DNA of 64,000 nucleotides from a virus: the IMG/VR virus record IMGVR_UViG_3300045282_000084, positions 15,347-79,346 of that record, one strand, 5' to 3'. Under the pieces are notes generated by a model. It was not told the DNA's origin, ran no database searches, and saw only the letters and a list, made by a program, of their open reading frames with translations. The translations under genes and the position numbers were made by a program. Position 1 is the stretch's first letter; each line of letters opens with the position of its first letter. Below, piece by piece: positions 9,977 to 19,678 of the stretch.

Positions 9977-11439
9977 GCACCTACCGTATCTTCGGCCTGA
10001 TCGCGGACGCCACTCCTGGTGGTGCGGGGTATGACGATCTTGGCCCGACCTTCGCCATCCCTGACTCGACCCTGTTCTGGCCGGTCACGGGCGGCAACTT
10101 CAACCGCAACATCGAGCGCATCGACCGAAACACAGAGGCCAGGGGCCGTCGTGCCGCCTCGCCTCCGCTGTCGTTCCGTGGTCGCCCTGAGATGACGATC
10201 CCTGTGCCTGCGTACCGCACCGTTCTGGAGAAGGCGATGTACGCCGCGATGGGGCCGTCGATCACAGGTGGCTCGCCCACCTATCCAACTCCGACCGGTT
10301 CGGCAGGTGTCGGCTACACCCACACCTGGACGGCCCAGAAGAACCCGAGCTTCCTGCCTGCCTACCACGCCCAGCTCGTCAGGGACAACCTGAACAGCAA
10401 GATGTCGGGCAGCTACTTCAATCAGGTCACGATGACCTTCCCGCTCGACGGCGAGGCCACGCTTGAGTGCGACCTGATGGGCCTGTACTGGAAGCACTTC
10501 GACTCGGATCTCAACCAGGTTGGGCCAGCCGTAAACGCACAGCAGACGATCACCGTGACCGGCACGCCGACTGGTGGCTCGTTCACGCTCACCTACGGCG
10601 GGCAGACGGCCACGATCGCCTTTGGCTCGACTGCGGCGCAGGTCGTTACCGCGCTCACCGCTCTGTCCACCATCGGAGCTGGCGGCGTAACTGCAACTGG
10701 CGGCCCGCTTCCGGCGACTCCGGTTGTGGTGACCTTCGTCGCCCAGCTTGCAGGTACGGCCATTCCGCTCCCGATCGTCAACAACACTGGGTTCACAGGC
10801 GGCGCATCACCGGCTGCCGCGGTCACACAGACCGTCGTTGGCGTGCCCATCGATACCAACTATCTGGTGCCCCCGACCACCACGTTCACTGGCCTGTCCC
10901 CGAACGTGCTGATCCTGCGCGATGCGAAGATGGTGGTCAACGGCACGTTGGTCCCGATCCCTGACTTCCAGGGGTTCAGCCTCGTCTGGAACAACAACCT
11001 GAATCCGAAGTGGTTCGCTGGCCAGAACGTGCAGGCGACCACCTTCGTTCAGCCGGGGCTATGGGCTGAGACGCCACCATCGCAGGTGAAGAAGCTGTGG
11101 TACCCGAACGAGAACCGTCTGACCGGTATGCAGGATGTGACCGGCACGCTCGACTTCGGCAACGCGAACACGGCTCAGGAGATCGCGGCTGACTTCGCAC
11201 AGATCGAGCGCCTGATCTTCACCGTCACAGGCGACCCCATCACGGGCACCTCACCGCTGGTGAACGAGGCGGTTGTGATCACGATGGCCGACGTGGTGGT
11301 CACGGGCGGCGGCGCTGGCGACCTGACGGCTCGCGACGACATTGTTTCGTCCTTCCAGTTCCAGTGTGGCTGGGATGAGACTCTTGGGTACGATCTCCAG
11401 TTCCAGGTCCTGAACGGGATCTCGACACGTATCTCGTAA
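9973..11439 (+). CDS. Major tail tube protein with inserted accessory domain
   Basis: Tail-tube-like N and C halves; insert VNAQQTITVTGTPTGGSFTLTYGGQT...; position before chaperone and tape measure. Confidence 0.8.
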   Translation: MSTYRIFGLIADATPGGAGYDDLGPTFAIPDSTLFWPVTGGNFNRNIERIDRNTEARGRRAASPPLSFRGRPEMTIPVPAYRTVLEKAMYAAMGPSITGGSPTYPTPTGSAGVGYTHTWTAQKNPSFLPAYHAQLVRDNLNSKMSGSYFNQVTMTFPLDGEATLECDLMGLYWKHFDSDLNQVGPAVNAQQTITVTGTPTGGSFTLTYGGQTATIAFGSTAAQVVTALTALSTIGAGGVTATGGPLPATPVVVTFVAQLAGTAIPLPIVNNTGFTGGASPAAAVTQTVVGVPIDTNYLVPPTTTFTGLSPNVLILRDAKMVVNGTLVPIPDFQGFSLVWNNNLNPKWFAGQNVQATTFVQPGLWAETPPSQVKKLWYPNENRLTGMQDVTGTLDFGNANTAQEIAADFAQIERLIFTVTGDPITGTSPLVNEAVVITMADVVVTGGGAGDLTARDDIVSSFQFQCGWDETLGYDLQFQVLNGISTRIS

Positions 11440-11480
11440 GTGCTCGCATGGGGCAATAGCCCGTAGCGAAAGGAGCATGG

Positions 11481-11750
11481 GTGAAACAAGCAGTCCTGAT
11501 TCGGTCAGGGCAGCGATTCAAGCAGCTTGAGCGGGCAGCGAAGGCTGCAACTCACGCTGCGCTTGAACTCGCAAACGCGAGCGATGTTGACGCCGTTGGG
11601 CGTTACACTCTCACTTCCGATGAATCAGTTGATTCAGCGGGGCTCTTGGCCTTCTTGCAGTCGGCCGAGGAACAGTGTCAGGGCATGTGTCTGACAGTAA
11701 TCGTGATAGCCAAAGAGGCAAACACGGGAGGAAGTAATGGCACCGACTAA
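11481..11750 (+). CDS. Hypothetical protein (lower-GC insert)
   Basis: AAGGAG SD; overlaps the next start. Confidence 0.5.
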   Translation: MKQAVLIRSGQRFKQLERAAKAATHAALELANASDVDAVGRYTLTSDESVDSAGLLAFLQSAEEQCQGMCLTVIVIAKEANTGGSNGTD

Positions 11751-12186
11751 GGAAGACAAGAACACCTTCAACGCCGACAAGATGATGCTGGAGAACACCA
11801 GCCGTCAGATCGTAATCGGTGGAAAGACCTGGCATCCCGCCAAACGAAATGGGAACGTCGCCAAGCGCATCGCTGAACTCGGCGACCCGCCCGATGGCGA
11901 CGGCACCACCGCCGCTCTCACCGCCTCGATGGACTACCTGTACAAGAACATCGCCATCATGATTCAGAGCGAGGAAGGGGACCACCCTGACTTCGAGTGG
12001 CTGATGGAGGAGCTTGAGTGGAACGTCGCGCAGGACATGCTCGGGTTCTTGAACCCTGACGCAGCCGAGGCGATCGCAGCGGCGACTGGCCCTCCTACCC
12101 CCCCGGTTCCAAGTCAGTCGCAACTCAGCGCGACCTTCAATACAGAATCCGCCACAACAAGTCTCTCGCCGGGTTCTTCGAGCTGA
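11737..12186 (+). CDS. Tail assembly chaperone (G-like)
   Basis: Acidic, 149 aa, upstream of the tape measure. Confidence 0.75.
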   Translation: MAPTKEDKNTFNADKMMLENTSRQIVIGGKTWHPAKRNGNVAKRIAELGDPPDGDGTTAALTASMDYLYKNIAIMIQSEEGDHPDFEWLMEELEWNVAQDMLGFLNPDAAEAIAAATGPPTPPVPSQSQLSATFNTESATTSLSPGSSS

Positions 12187-12395
12187 TGGCGATAGCTGCT
12201 CGCTATGGGCATATCTCACCGTTGGACTTCGAGCAGATGGACTTCGAGGAAGGAAAGCATGTAGCGGAGCGGTGTTTGGAAATGTTCCATGACGAGTGGG
12301 AAGCCGAGGCTGAACTTCTCAAAGAGTTGACCAAGGCTGAGATGAAGTCGCACTCTGACACGGTGCAGGCGATTGCAAGGGGGATGGCTCACTAA
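12099..12395 (+). CDS. Tail assembly chaperone C-terminal extension (GT-like), probably via -1 frameshift
   Basis: The -1 frame is open from 12060 to 12395; C7 run at 12098-12104. Confidence 0.65.
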   Translation, partial: PPGSKSVATQRDLQYRIRHNKSLAGFFELMAIAARYGHISPLDFEQMDFEEGKHVAERCLEMFHDEWEAEAELLKELTKAEMKSHSDTVQAIARGMAH

Positions 12396-15300
12396 GTGGC
12401 ATTCTCAGATTATGTCCTGATTCGCTACCTGGCGACGTTCACCGACAACGCCTCTCGCCAGGCTGCCATTACGAACAAGCGCATCAGGGACGGTGCCACC
12501 GCTACGTCGGCCGCTCAGTTGTCGGCGTCACGGCAGACGGTGACGGGCCTGAACAACGTCGCTCGCGCAGCCACCGCGTCAGGCAAGGCCCTCTCGACCT
12601 ACGTGACCCTGCCAGTCCTGGCGGTCGGGGCTGCGTCGGTGAAGATGGCCGTGGACTTCAACACGGCCATGACTCGCGTGCACGCCCTGACCGGGGCGAA
12701 CGCCGCTCAGATCGACAAGTGGAGCAAGTCGATTCAGACCCTGGCCGTGCAGACTGGCCAGGGTCCCAAGGCGCTGGCTGACTCGCTGTACTACGTCGCC
12801 TCCGCTGGCCTTGCGACCTCGCAGGTCATGCCGGTGGTCAGGGACTCCGCGAAGGCAGCGGCGACCGGCATGGGCGACGCCGCCGTCGTCGCTGACGTGC
12901 TTACCTCAGCCCTGAACGCCTACCGTGGTTCGGGACTGACAGCGAAGACGGCAACGGACAATCTCGTCGCCGCGATCAAATACGGCAAGGGCGAGCCGAC
13001 CGACTTCGCCACCTCGCTCGGTCGCATCATCGGCCCCGCCGCCCAGCTCAACGTGTCGTTTGGGCAGACCACGGGAGCGATCGCAGCCCTGACCAACCAG
13101 GGCCTGGACGCATCAGAGGCGGTCACTGGTCTGCGCCAGGTGTTCGTGGAGTTCCTCAAGCCCTCGGCGAATGCCACCAAGGTCTTGAAGTCGATGGGCT
13201 TCACCGCCGATGAGCTTCGCCTTGACCTGGCCAAGCCGAACGGGCTCATGAAAACCCTGGCCCTGCTGCGCGTGCACATGGGCGGCCTCGGGATCGACAC
13301 CAAGAAGCTGGGTGAGATCACCAAGACGAGCGGTACGGCTGCGGGTCTGGCCTACATCTCGAAGAACTCGAAGTCGCTGTCTGACTCGATCGCTGGGGTG
13401 TTCCCCAACGTGCGTGCCCTGAACGCCTTCCTGCTCTTGACGGGTAAGGGTGCCGCCAAGGCTGGACAGACGATCAGACAGGTCGCCCACGACAACACCG
13501 CGCTCAACAAGGCATTCTCGACCACGGTGCAACAGTCGGCATCGTTCCGCCTGCACCAGCTCTGGGCAACTGTGCAGGTTGATCTGATCTCGTTTGGGAA
13601 TGTCGTGCTTCCAATCCTCGACAAGGTGGCGATCAAGCTGACGGGCTGGTTCAAGGCGCTCGCACATCTTTCACCAGGAACGCGCACCTTGATCGTGGAG
13701 GCGGGGCTACTCGTCGCGGCGCTTGGTCCGATGTTGTACATCTTCGGCTCGATACTTCTCGTCGGAACAGCCGTTGGGTCGTTGTTCCTCGACATCCCCA
13801 TCGCAATGGCGATAGCGACGGCAGCGTTCCTCGCTGCGGGGTTGACTGCAAAGAACGGCCTTGCGCATCCGCTCAACCTCGTCCATCAGATCATCGGCAC
13901 CTTGAAGAAGGATTGGCCGACGATCAAGAAAGATGCGACCTCAGCGTTCACGATCATCGGGCGAGTTGCGGCGGACACCGGGCATATCGTCATCGACTTC
14001 TTCAAGATGATCCACGACTTCTACACGGGCGACTGGAGCGGACTGTGGCAGAACGCCGAGGGTGTGCTCAACCACTTCGGCGACATCGCGAGCATTGTGT
14101 TCAAGGGTCTTGAGCGCCTCGTCCCCGATGCGATCAAAGCTATGACCGCGAGCTGGCAGAACGCAGCCACAGCGCTGGGACTTCTAGCCGTTGCCATGAT
14201 CAGAATCAAGACCGTCAGCATCGGCTCCTTCCTGGGTGGCGGTGGTGGTGGAGCAGCGGTCGCAGGTGAAAGCGGCATAGCTGCCCAGTTTGGTGCAGGC
14301 TTCGGAGCTTCGCGATTGGGCGGTGGGATCGCACGGCTTCGTCGTGGAGGATTGATCCCTGGATTGACGAGGAGCATCTACCAGGATGCGATCGAAGCTC
14401 AGTCCGCTCGCAACCTCGCAAGCAGCGGGGTTGTAGCCAGCGGGCTCACCAAGGGCGCACCGCGACTGTTCGCTGGTGGTGGGGCTGTCGCAGGGGCTGC
14501 GGTCACGGCGGAAAGTGCGGCGGCGTTCGGGGCTGTCTCGAACTTTCAGAAGCTCCAGGCAGTAGGCAAGACAGTGCTCCCCACTCTGGGAGCGATCGGC
14601 ACAACTCTGGGCACGGCAGGGATTGCCGGTGCGGCGATCGCCGCTGGGGTCGGGATCTACTTCCTGGTCAAGGCGCTCACTGGTGGAGAGTCAGCTACGC
14701 AGAAGATGCACGACCAGCTCATGAAGCTGACCGACACGCAGGGGTCTCTTAGACGATTAGCTGGGTCGGTGGGGCCGATGGCGCTCCAGCTCCAGAGCAG
14801 CCGTCTCAACTTGAAGGATCTCACCAATCAGCTTTCTGAGTATCGACAGGAGCTTGCAAAGGCGAAGCCTCACACCCAGGAATACCAGCAACTCCAGCTC
14901 CAGATTTCTGAGACCACCAATGCGCGCGCCCAGGCGATGGCGTCCCTACGAACGCAGACCTCCCAGTACAACAAGGAGCTGTCGGCTGAGATTTCCCGTG
15001 GTGACGCACTCCTGCGACAAGAGCGCACCACGACGGTGGGCCAGGTCGTGGGTCAGATTGGCGGGAGCAATGGTGCCACCCGCGGTCTCGTGCAACAGAT
15101 CCTCCGTCGAATCCAGAGTGGCAGTCAGAACGCTGGTGCGCTATTCGGCCGATTCTTCGGAGGCCCACTCGGCGCGAAGCAGTCTCAAACGCTTGGTATC
15201 TCGAAGGATGACATCCGCAACCTGATCATCGCCGTTCAGCAGAACGCTAAACTCAAGGGCACCATCGACGCAATGAGCAGGGCGTACCAGCAGATGCGCA

Positions 15301-18062
15301 TTGCTGGTATCGATCCCGCCTCAAGAGCGATGGGTCGGCTGCGCAGGGAGATCACTCTGGCAGCCGCGCAGCACTTCAACCTGTCTGTACCCGGAGCGCT
15401 CGCGTTGTCGAAGGCGTCGGGTCAGCCCGTCACTGCTGAGTCTGCGGCTGCGTTGCAGAGCGTGGGGGGAATCTCCTCTGGCGTGATCCAGCTCGGCCGA
15501 ATGCTCCAGGCGATCCCCACGGTGAAGCAGATCAGGTTCGTCTCGAACCTGCCCCAAAGTGAGCTGCCAGCCCTACGCGAGTTCGCCCACATTACGCACA
15601 CGCTGCCTACTCGCCAGGTGCTGACGATGGCCGTCAACGCTGGCCCCGCGTCCCTGGCTGTGACGGCGTTCATCGCCAAGAATGAGAAGCGCCTTGAAGG
15701 CTTCAAGGCCAAGAAGGTAGACAAGATCGTCGGCGATGTGGTCAACCGGTTGAAGGACGTGCCCAAGCAGGCTATGGCCGAGATCACCCGCATCATCGAG
15801 AAGACGGGCAAGCTGCCTGCGAGCATCGACAAGATCGTCGCTCGCGTCAGGGCTGCGAACAAGAGGTTGGCGACGGATCAGGCCACGTTTGTGCGCGACC
15901 AGGCCATCGTCGCTGCTCACCCTGGGGCTGCTGGTGATAAGGCTCTCGGGCTTGGAGCCTTGAAGGCTCGCATCGCGCGGGAGACGGCAGCTCAGAATCA
16001 GGAGACAGCCAAACCGAAGAATCGGATCAAGTTCCACATCTCCTTCACGGGTGCGGGTACCAGCGGTGCGGCCGACAAGTCCCTGGCTGCCAGCCTGACC
16101 GCCACGCTCAATCACGTGAGCACCCAGGTCTCCAATCGAGTTATCAGTCAGCGCCTGTTCAAGCCGGTAGGAGAGTCGATCCCGCAGGGCGTGGCCGTAG
16201 AGATCGACACCTCCAAGTCGATCACGTTCATGGGCCACCACATGATGAACGCTCTGGGCACCGACGCCAACAGCGGTCTGTTGGGACGGACGATGAAGGG
16301 CATCAAGGCCGGGTCGCCCTCACAGCTCTGGGCGAGTACGGTGGGTCAGGCGATCACCGCTGGGATCGCCGTTGGTCTCAGTTCCGCCCAGGCCGCTGCG
16401 GGCCTGAACAGCGCCTTGAACGCGGTGCTCCAGGGTGCGCTGTCATTCGCTAAGGCCCACCTCAAGATCAGCAGTCCATCCAAGGTGGCTGATGAGCGGA
16501 TCGGCTATCCGATCGCCCAGGGGATCGCGCAGGGGATTCGACGCGGCAAGGGCATCATCGGCAAGGCTGTTGAGCAGGTGGTGCAGCATGCGGTGTCGCA
16601 GTCACGGGGAGCGATGGGCGGTAGTGGTGGCGGTGGTGGGTTTGCCGGGTCAGCCGCCGCAGGTGCAGCCCAGCAGTACGCGCGCAGCAAGATGAAGCAG
16701 TTTGGTTGGGGGCCAAGTGAGTGGGGGCCATTGCAGGCGCTGTGGGAGCGCGAGTCGGGATGGAACTATCTGGCGAAGAACTCGTCGTCGGGCGCATACG
16801 GCATCCCTCAGTCCTTGCCCGCGAGCAAGATGGCCAGCGCCGGTAGCGATTACCTCACCAACTTCCGCACTCAGATCAACTGGGGTCTGGGTTACATCCA
16901 CGGTCGCTATGGCTCACCCTCAGCGGCATGGGCGCATGAAGGCCAGTTCAACTGGTACGACATGGGTGGAGTGGTTCCGGGTCGAGGGCCGCAGATGGCC
17001 GTGGTGCACGGTGGGGAGACCATCCTGCCTACCCACAGGCAGGATGCCAACGTCGTTCACCACATCAAGAACGCCGTCATCCACGCACACAACCTGACCA
17101 TCCCCAAGCAGTCAGCGATCTGGATCGAGAAGATCCTGCGCGCGTTCGGGTTCTACGTCGCCAACCCAACTCAGACGGTCGCTCGCATCAAGGGCGACAT
17201 TGCCAACATCATGACCCACACCAAGCTGGATGCTCGACAGAAGCAGGAGATCGCACACTTCCAGTCAGAGTACAACGCCGAGCTGTTGAAGAAGGCGACC
17301 ACACCCGATCAGAAGTTAGCCAAGCAGGGTCGGCTTGCCAGCATCCAGTATTCGATCTCACGGGTCGAGGGCCAGACTCAGCTCACTCAGATTCAGCAGA
17401 ACGAGCTGACCAAGTACCAGGCCGAGTTGAAGAAGGTGCTGCGACAGGAGCGGATTACCGAGATGCTGCGCCGCTTCATCGCCGCTCTCCAGAAGCACAC
17501 ACTCGCTCACATGGAGGCCGTGCGGCACACGATCGAGGACAACATCGCGCGGCTGCGTAAGGGCGGTGTCACGCCGAGGGAGAAGGCTGAGATCAAGATC
17601 CTGGAGGCGCGGCTGGCTGCTGTTGATGGCGTCATAGTTCAGCGCCTGCGTAAGCAGACCAACACGCTCAACTACCTGCTGACTCAGGCCGACCAGGGGC
17701 TGACGAACCTCCAGCTTCGACAGCAGCTCCAGGGCATCGACCAAACCCAGGCTGGGCAGGCTGCGCAGGCGGCATACATCAAGAAGAACATCATCCCCAA
17801 CCTGGAGAAGCAGCTCAACGTGCTGAAACAGCAGGAGAAGGCTGCACGCGACATTCACAACAAGGCACTGGCACGCAAGATCGCCGAGGAGATCAAGGCC
17901 AAACTGGGCGACATTCTCCAGGCCCAGCTCGACGCGCAGAACGCAATCAAGGCCGCCACGCAGGCCACGCAGGATGCGCTTGGAGGTGGAACGACGATCA
18001 CCTTCGGCTACCAGAATCAGCAGTGGACAACGGGCCAGGTTGCCCTCGGGACAGGCGCATAG
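12396..18062 (+). CDS. Tape measure protein (TP901-family core) with C-terminal lytic transglycosylase domain
   Basis: 1888 aa, Ala/Gly-rich; SVKMAVDFNTAMTRV, ISSPSKV, LWERESGWN..GAYGIPQSLP, AVVHGGETIL. Confidence 0.95.
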   Translation: MAFSDYVLIRYLATFTDNASRQAAITNKRIRDGATATSAAQLSASRQTVTGLNNVARAATASGKALSTYVTLPVLAVGAASVKMAVDFNTAMTRVHALTGANAAQIDKWSKSIQTLAVQTGQGPKALADSLYYVASAGLATSQVMPVVRDSAKAAATGMGDAAVVADVLTSALNAYRGSGLTAKTATDNLVAAIKYGKGEPTDFATSLGRIIGPAAQLNVSFGQTTGAIAALTNQGLDASEAVTGLRQVFVEFLKPSANATKVLKSMGFTADELRLDLAKPNGLMKTLALLRVHMGGLGIDTKKLGEITKTSGTAAGLAYISKNSKSLSDSIAGVFPNVRALNAFLLLTGKGAAKAGQTIRQVAHDNTALNKAFSTTVQQSASFRLHQLWATVQVDLISFGNVVLPILDKVAIKLTGWFKALAHLSPGTRTLIVEAGLLVAALGPMLYIFGSILLVGTAVGSLFLDIPIAMAIATAAFLAAGLTAKNGLAHPLNLVHQIIGTLKKDWPTIKKDATSAFTIIGRVAADTGHIVIDFFKMIHDFYTGDWSGLWQNAEGVLNHFGDIASIVFKGLERLVPDAIKAMTASWQNAATALGLLAVAMIRIKTVSIGSFLGGGGGGAAVAGESGIAAQFGAGFGASRLGGGIARLRRGGLIPGLTRSIYQDAIEAQSARNLASSGVVASGLTKGAPRLFAGGGAVAGAAVTAESAAAFGAVSNFQKLQAVGKTVLPTLGAIGTTLGTAGIAGAAIAAGVGIYFLVKALTGGESATQKMHDQLMKLTDTQGSLRRLAGSVGPMALQLQSSRLNLKDLTNQLSEYRQELAKAKPHTQEYQQLQLQISETTNARAQAMASLRTQTSQYNKELSAEISRGDALLRQERTTTVGQVVGQIGGSNGATRGLVQQILRRIQSGSQNAGALFGRFFGGPLGAKQSQTLGISKDDIRNLIIAVQQNAKLKGTIDAMSRAYQQMRIAGIDPASRAMGRLRREITLAAAQHFNLSVPGALALSKASGQPVTAESAAALQSVGGISSGVIQLGRMLQAIPTVKQIRFVSNLPQSELPALREFAHITHTLPTRQVLTMAVNAGPASLAVTAFIAKNEKRLEGFKAKKVDKIVGDVVNRLKDVPKQAMAEITRIIEKTGKLPASIDKIVARVRAANKRLATDQATFVRDQAIVAAHPGAAGDKALGLGALKARIARETAAQNQETAKPKNRIKFHISFTGAGTSGAADKSLAASLTATLNHVSTQVSNRVISQRLFKPVGESIPQGVAVEIDTSKSITFMGHHMMNALGTDANSGLLGRTMKGIKAGSPSQLWASTVGQAITAGIAVGLSSAQAAAGLNSALNAVLQGALSFAKAHLKISSPSKVADERIGYPIAQGIAQGIRRGKGIIGKAVEQVVQHAVSQSRGAMGGSGGGGGFAGSAAAGAAQQYARSKMKQFGWGPSEWGPLQALWERESGWNYLAKNSSSGAYGIPQSLPASKMASAGSDYLTNFRTQINWGLGYIHGRYGSPSAAWAHEGQFNWYDMGGVVPGRGPQMAVVHGGETILPTHRQDANVVHHIKNAVIHAHNLTIPKQSAIWIEKILRAFGFYVANPTQTVARIKGDIANIMTHTKLDARQKQEIAHFQSEYNAELLKKATTPDQKLAKQGRLASIQYSISRVEGQTQLTQIQQNELTKYQAELKKVLRQERITEMLRRFIAALQKHTLAHMEAVRHTIEDNIARLRKGGVTPREKAEIKILEARLAAVDGVIVQRLRKQTNTLNYLLTQADQGLTNLQLRQQLQGIDQTQAGQAAQAAYIKKNIIPNLEKQLNVLKQQEKAARDIHNKALARKIAEEIKAKLGDILQAQLDAQNAIKAATQATQDALGGGTTITFGYQNQQWTTGQVALGTGA

Positions 18063-18109
18063 GCACCATGCCACGTGGGTCGGAATGGGAGACTCCCAGA
18101 TGAGCGAAG

Positions 18110-19678
18110 ATGACGTATAGCCCAGCAGGAAGCGGTCAGCTCCTCATTTACCGGCTGCGGTTGCCCACTATCGACAGCAACGTGTCTGAGTCGCTGGGCG
18201 ATGAACTTGAGAGCGTTGGTGGTGGGCTGACGCGCATTGGCCGCGCCTTCCCCGTGACCGTCACCGTGCGCGGTATATCTTCTGATCTCCCCGATCCCTA
18301 CACCGCTGGGCAGAGACTTCGCCGCCAGCTTCGTTCGCTGATGGAGAACACCGCGTTCAAGAACGGCGGGATGTATCTCAACTATCTGATCGACACCGAA
18401 CTCTCCGGCTTCTTCCTGATCGGCGGTGTTGATCTGCTGTACTCGGACGGGGGCTTCACCCTGGCTGACTATCAGTTGACGCTGCGTGATGCCCTGCGCA
18501 TCGGCGGAAAGGCCACACACCGGTCGGGCCGCAGGTTCACCGTGCTCGACCGTCGCCTACTCGCGACACCGCTCGACTACCGCTGCCTGGTCTACACGGT
18601 CTCCTACGCGCTCTACCCTGGCGTGCCGATTGTGTGGCTGCCCTACAACGTGTCCGACATTCGCGCTACCACCAGACAGCGCTTGGTCCCCTCACCAACC
18701 GGCACCTACACGCCCATCGATGGGTCAAGCAGTATGCAGACCGTCCAGCCCATCGACACGTTGGCGGTATCGTTTGACCACGCTGATGCCGACCAGCTCA
18801 CGGGCCAGGTCGTCGCCTACGACCGCAAGGGCATCACAGCCCCCACCCTCACCGCTGCTGGTGATGCCGACTCTCAGGGCGTGTACGGGTGGGAGGAAGT
18901 TTACGGGTCGATCTACCCCTACACGGCTGGCGATGTGCCGGTGCTGGCGAACGGCATCTGCCGGGTCAGATACCTGTCCTCGGTCTCGGGTCTCGTGGTC
19001 GAGTGGAACAAGAACACCACCGCGGTCGCCTACACGGAGATGTGCAGAGTGCTGTTCTACGAGGAGCTGGTGGGTGGCCCTGCGCAGGTAACCACTCTGC
19101 TGTCGGCGGAGGTGTGCGAGTACAGCGACGATCGAGCGGTTGTGAAGATGAGCCTGGGAGTAACCAACACCCAGGACATCTACATTAGCTTGCAGCGAGG
19201 ATGGTCGGGGCCGAGGATTCAGCAGTACACCACCACGGCCAGTGAGGGTGCGAGCCTGTATCTGATCCCGTTCAACTCGGGTGCAACCACGATCTCTTAC
19301 CGCCACAATGGTTCCACCACCACGATTGCCACGACTGCGACGCTGCTCGATTACCAGACTGCCTCGGTTGGCGACGAGCCGTGGGTGAACCTGGCCCCGG
19401 TCAACACCTCCGTGAACATGGTGGCCACCGTCAACCAGACCGGCATGGTGATGACGGCGGTGGCCGACACGATTGCCTACGGCGCGACCCGGAACGGCGT
19501 GATCGTCAAGACGCCCTACAACGCAGGCACGAACCCGCAGCCGGTGCCATACTGGAATGCGGCCAAGTTGGAGTTCTACCCTTCGGCTTCGGCTCTGCTT
19601 GCGACCTCGCAGGGATTCGCGGGCAACGCCATGTTCGATGCTCGCGCCTATCGCACGGTGATGTCTCGTGTCCCCTGA
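18110..19678 (+). CDS. Distal tail/minor tail protein
   Basis: Directly after the tape measure; beta-rich. Confidence 0.65.
   Translation: MTYSPAGSGQLLIYRLRLPTIDSNVSESLGDELESVGGGLTRIGRAFPVTVTVRGISSDLPDPYTAGQRLRRQLRSLMENTAFKNGGMYLNYLIDTELSGFFLIGGVDLLYSDGGFTLADYQLTLRDALRIGGKATHRSGRRFTVLDRRLLATPLDYRCLVYTVSYALYPGVPIVWLPYNVSDIRATTRQRLVPSPTGTYTPIDGSSSMQTVQPIDTLAVSFDHADADQLTGQVVAYDRKGITAPTLTAAGDADSQGVYGWEEVYGSIYPYTAGDVPVLANGICRVRYLSSVSGLVVEWNKNTTAVAYTEMCRVLFYEELVGGPAQVTTLLSAEVCEYSDDRAVVKMSLGVTNTQDIYISLQRGWSGPRIQQYTTTASEGASLYLIPFNSGATTISYRHNGSTTTIATTATLLDYQTASVGDEPWVNLAPVNTSVNMVATVNQTGMVMTAVADTIAYGATRNGVIVKTPYNAGTNPQPVPYWNAAKLEFYPSASALLATSQGFAGNAMFDARAYRTVMSRVP

Noticed and set aside
18068-18103. 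Family of MPR-starting micropeptides at the 26-bp motif copies
   Set aside because: ORF lengths and sequences diverge immediately (6 to 86 aa) and most lack an SD; conservation looks nucleotide-level.
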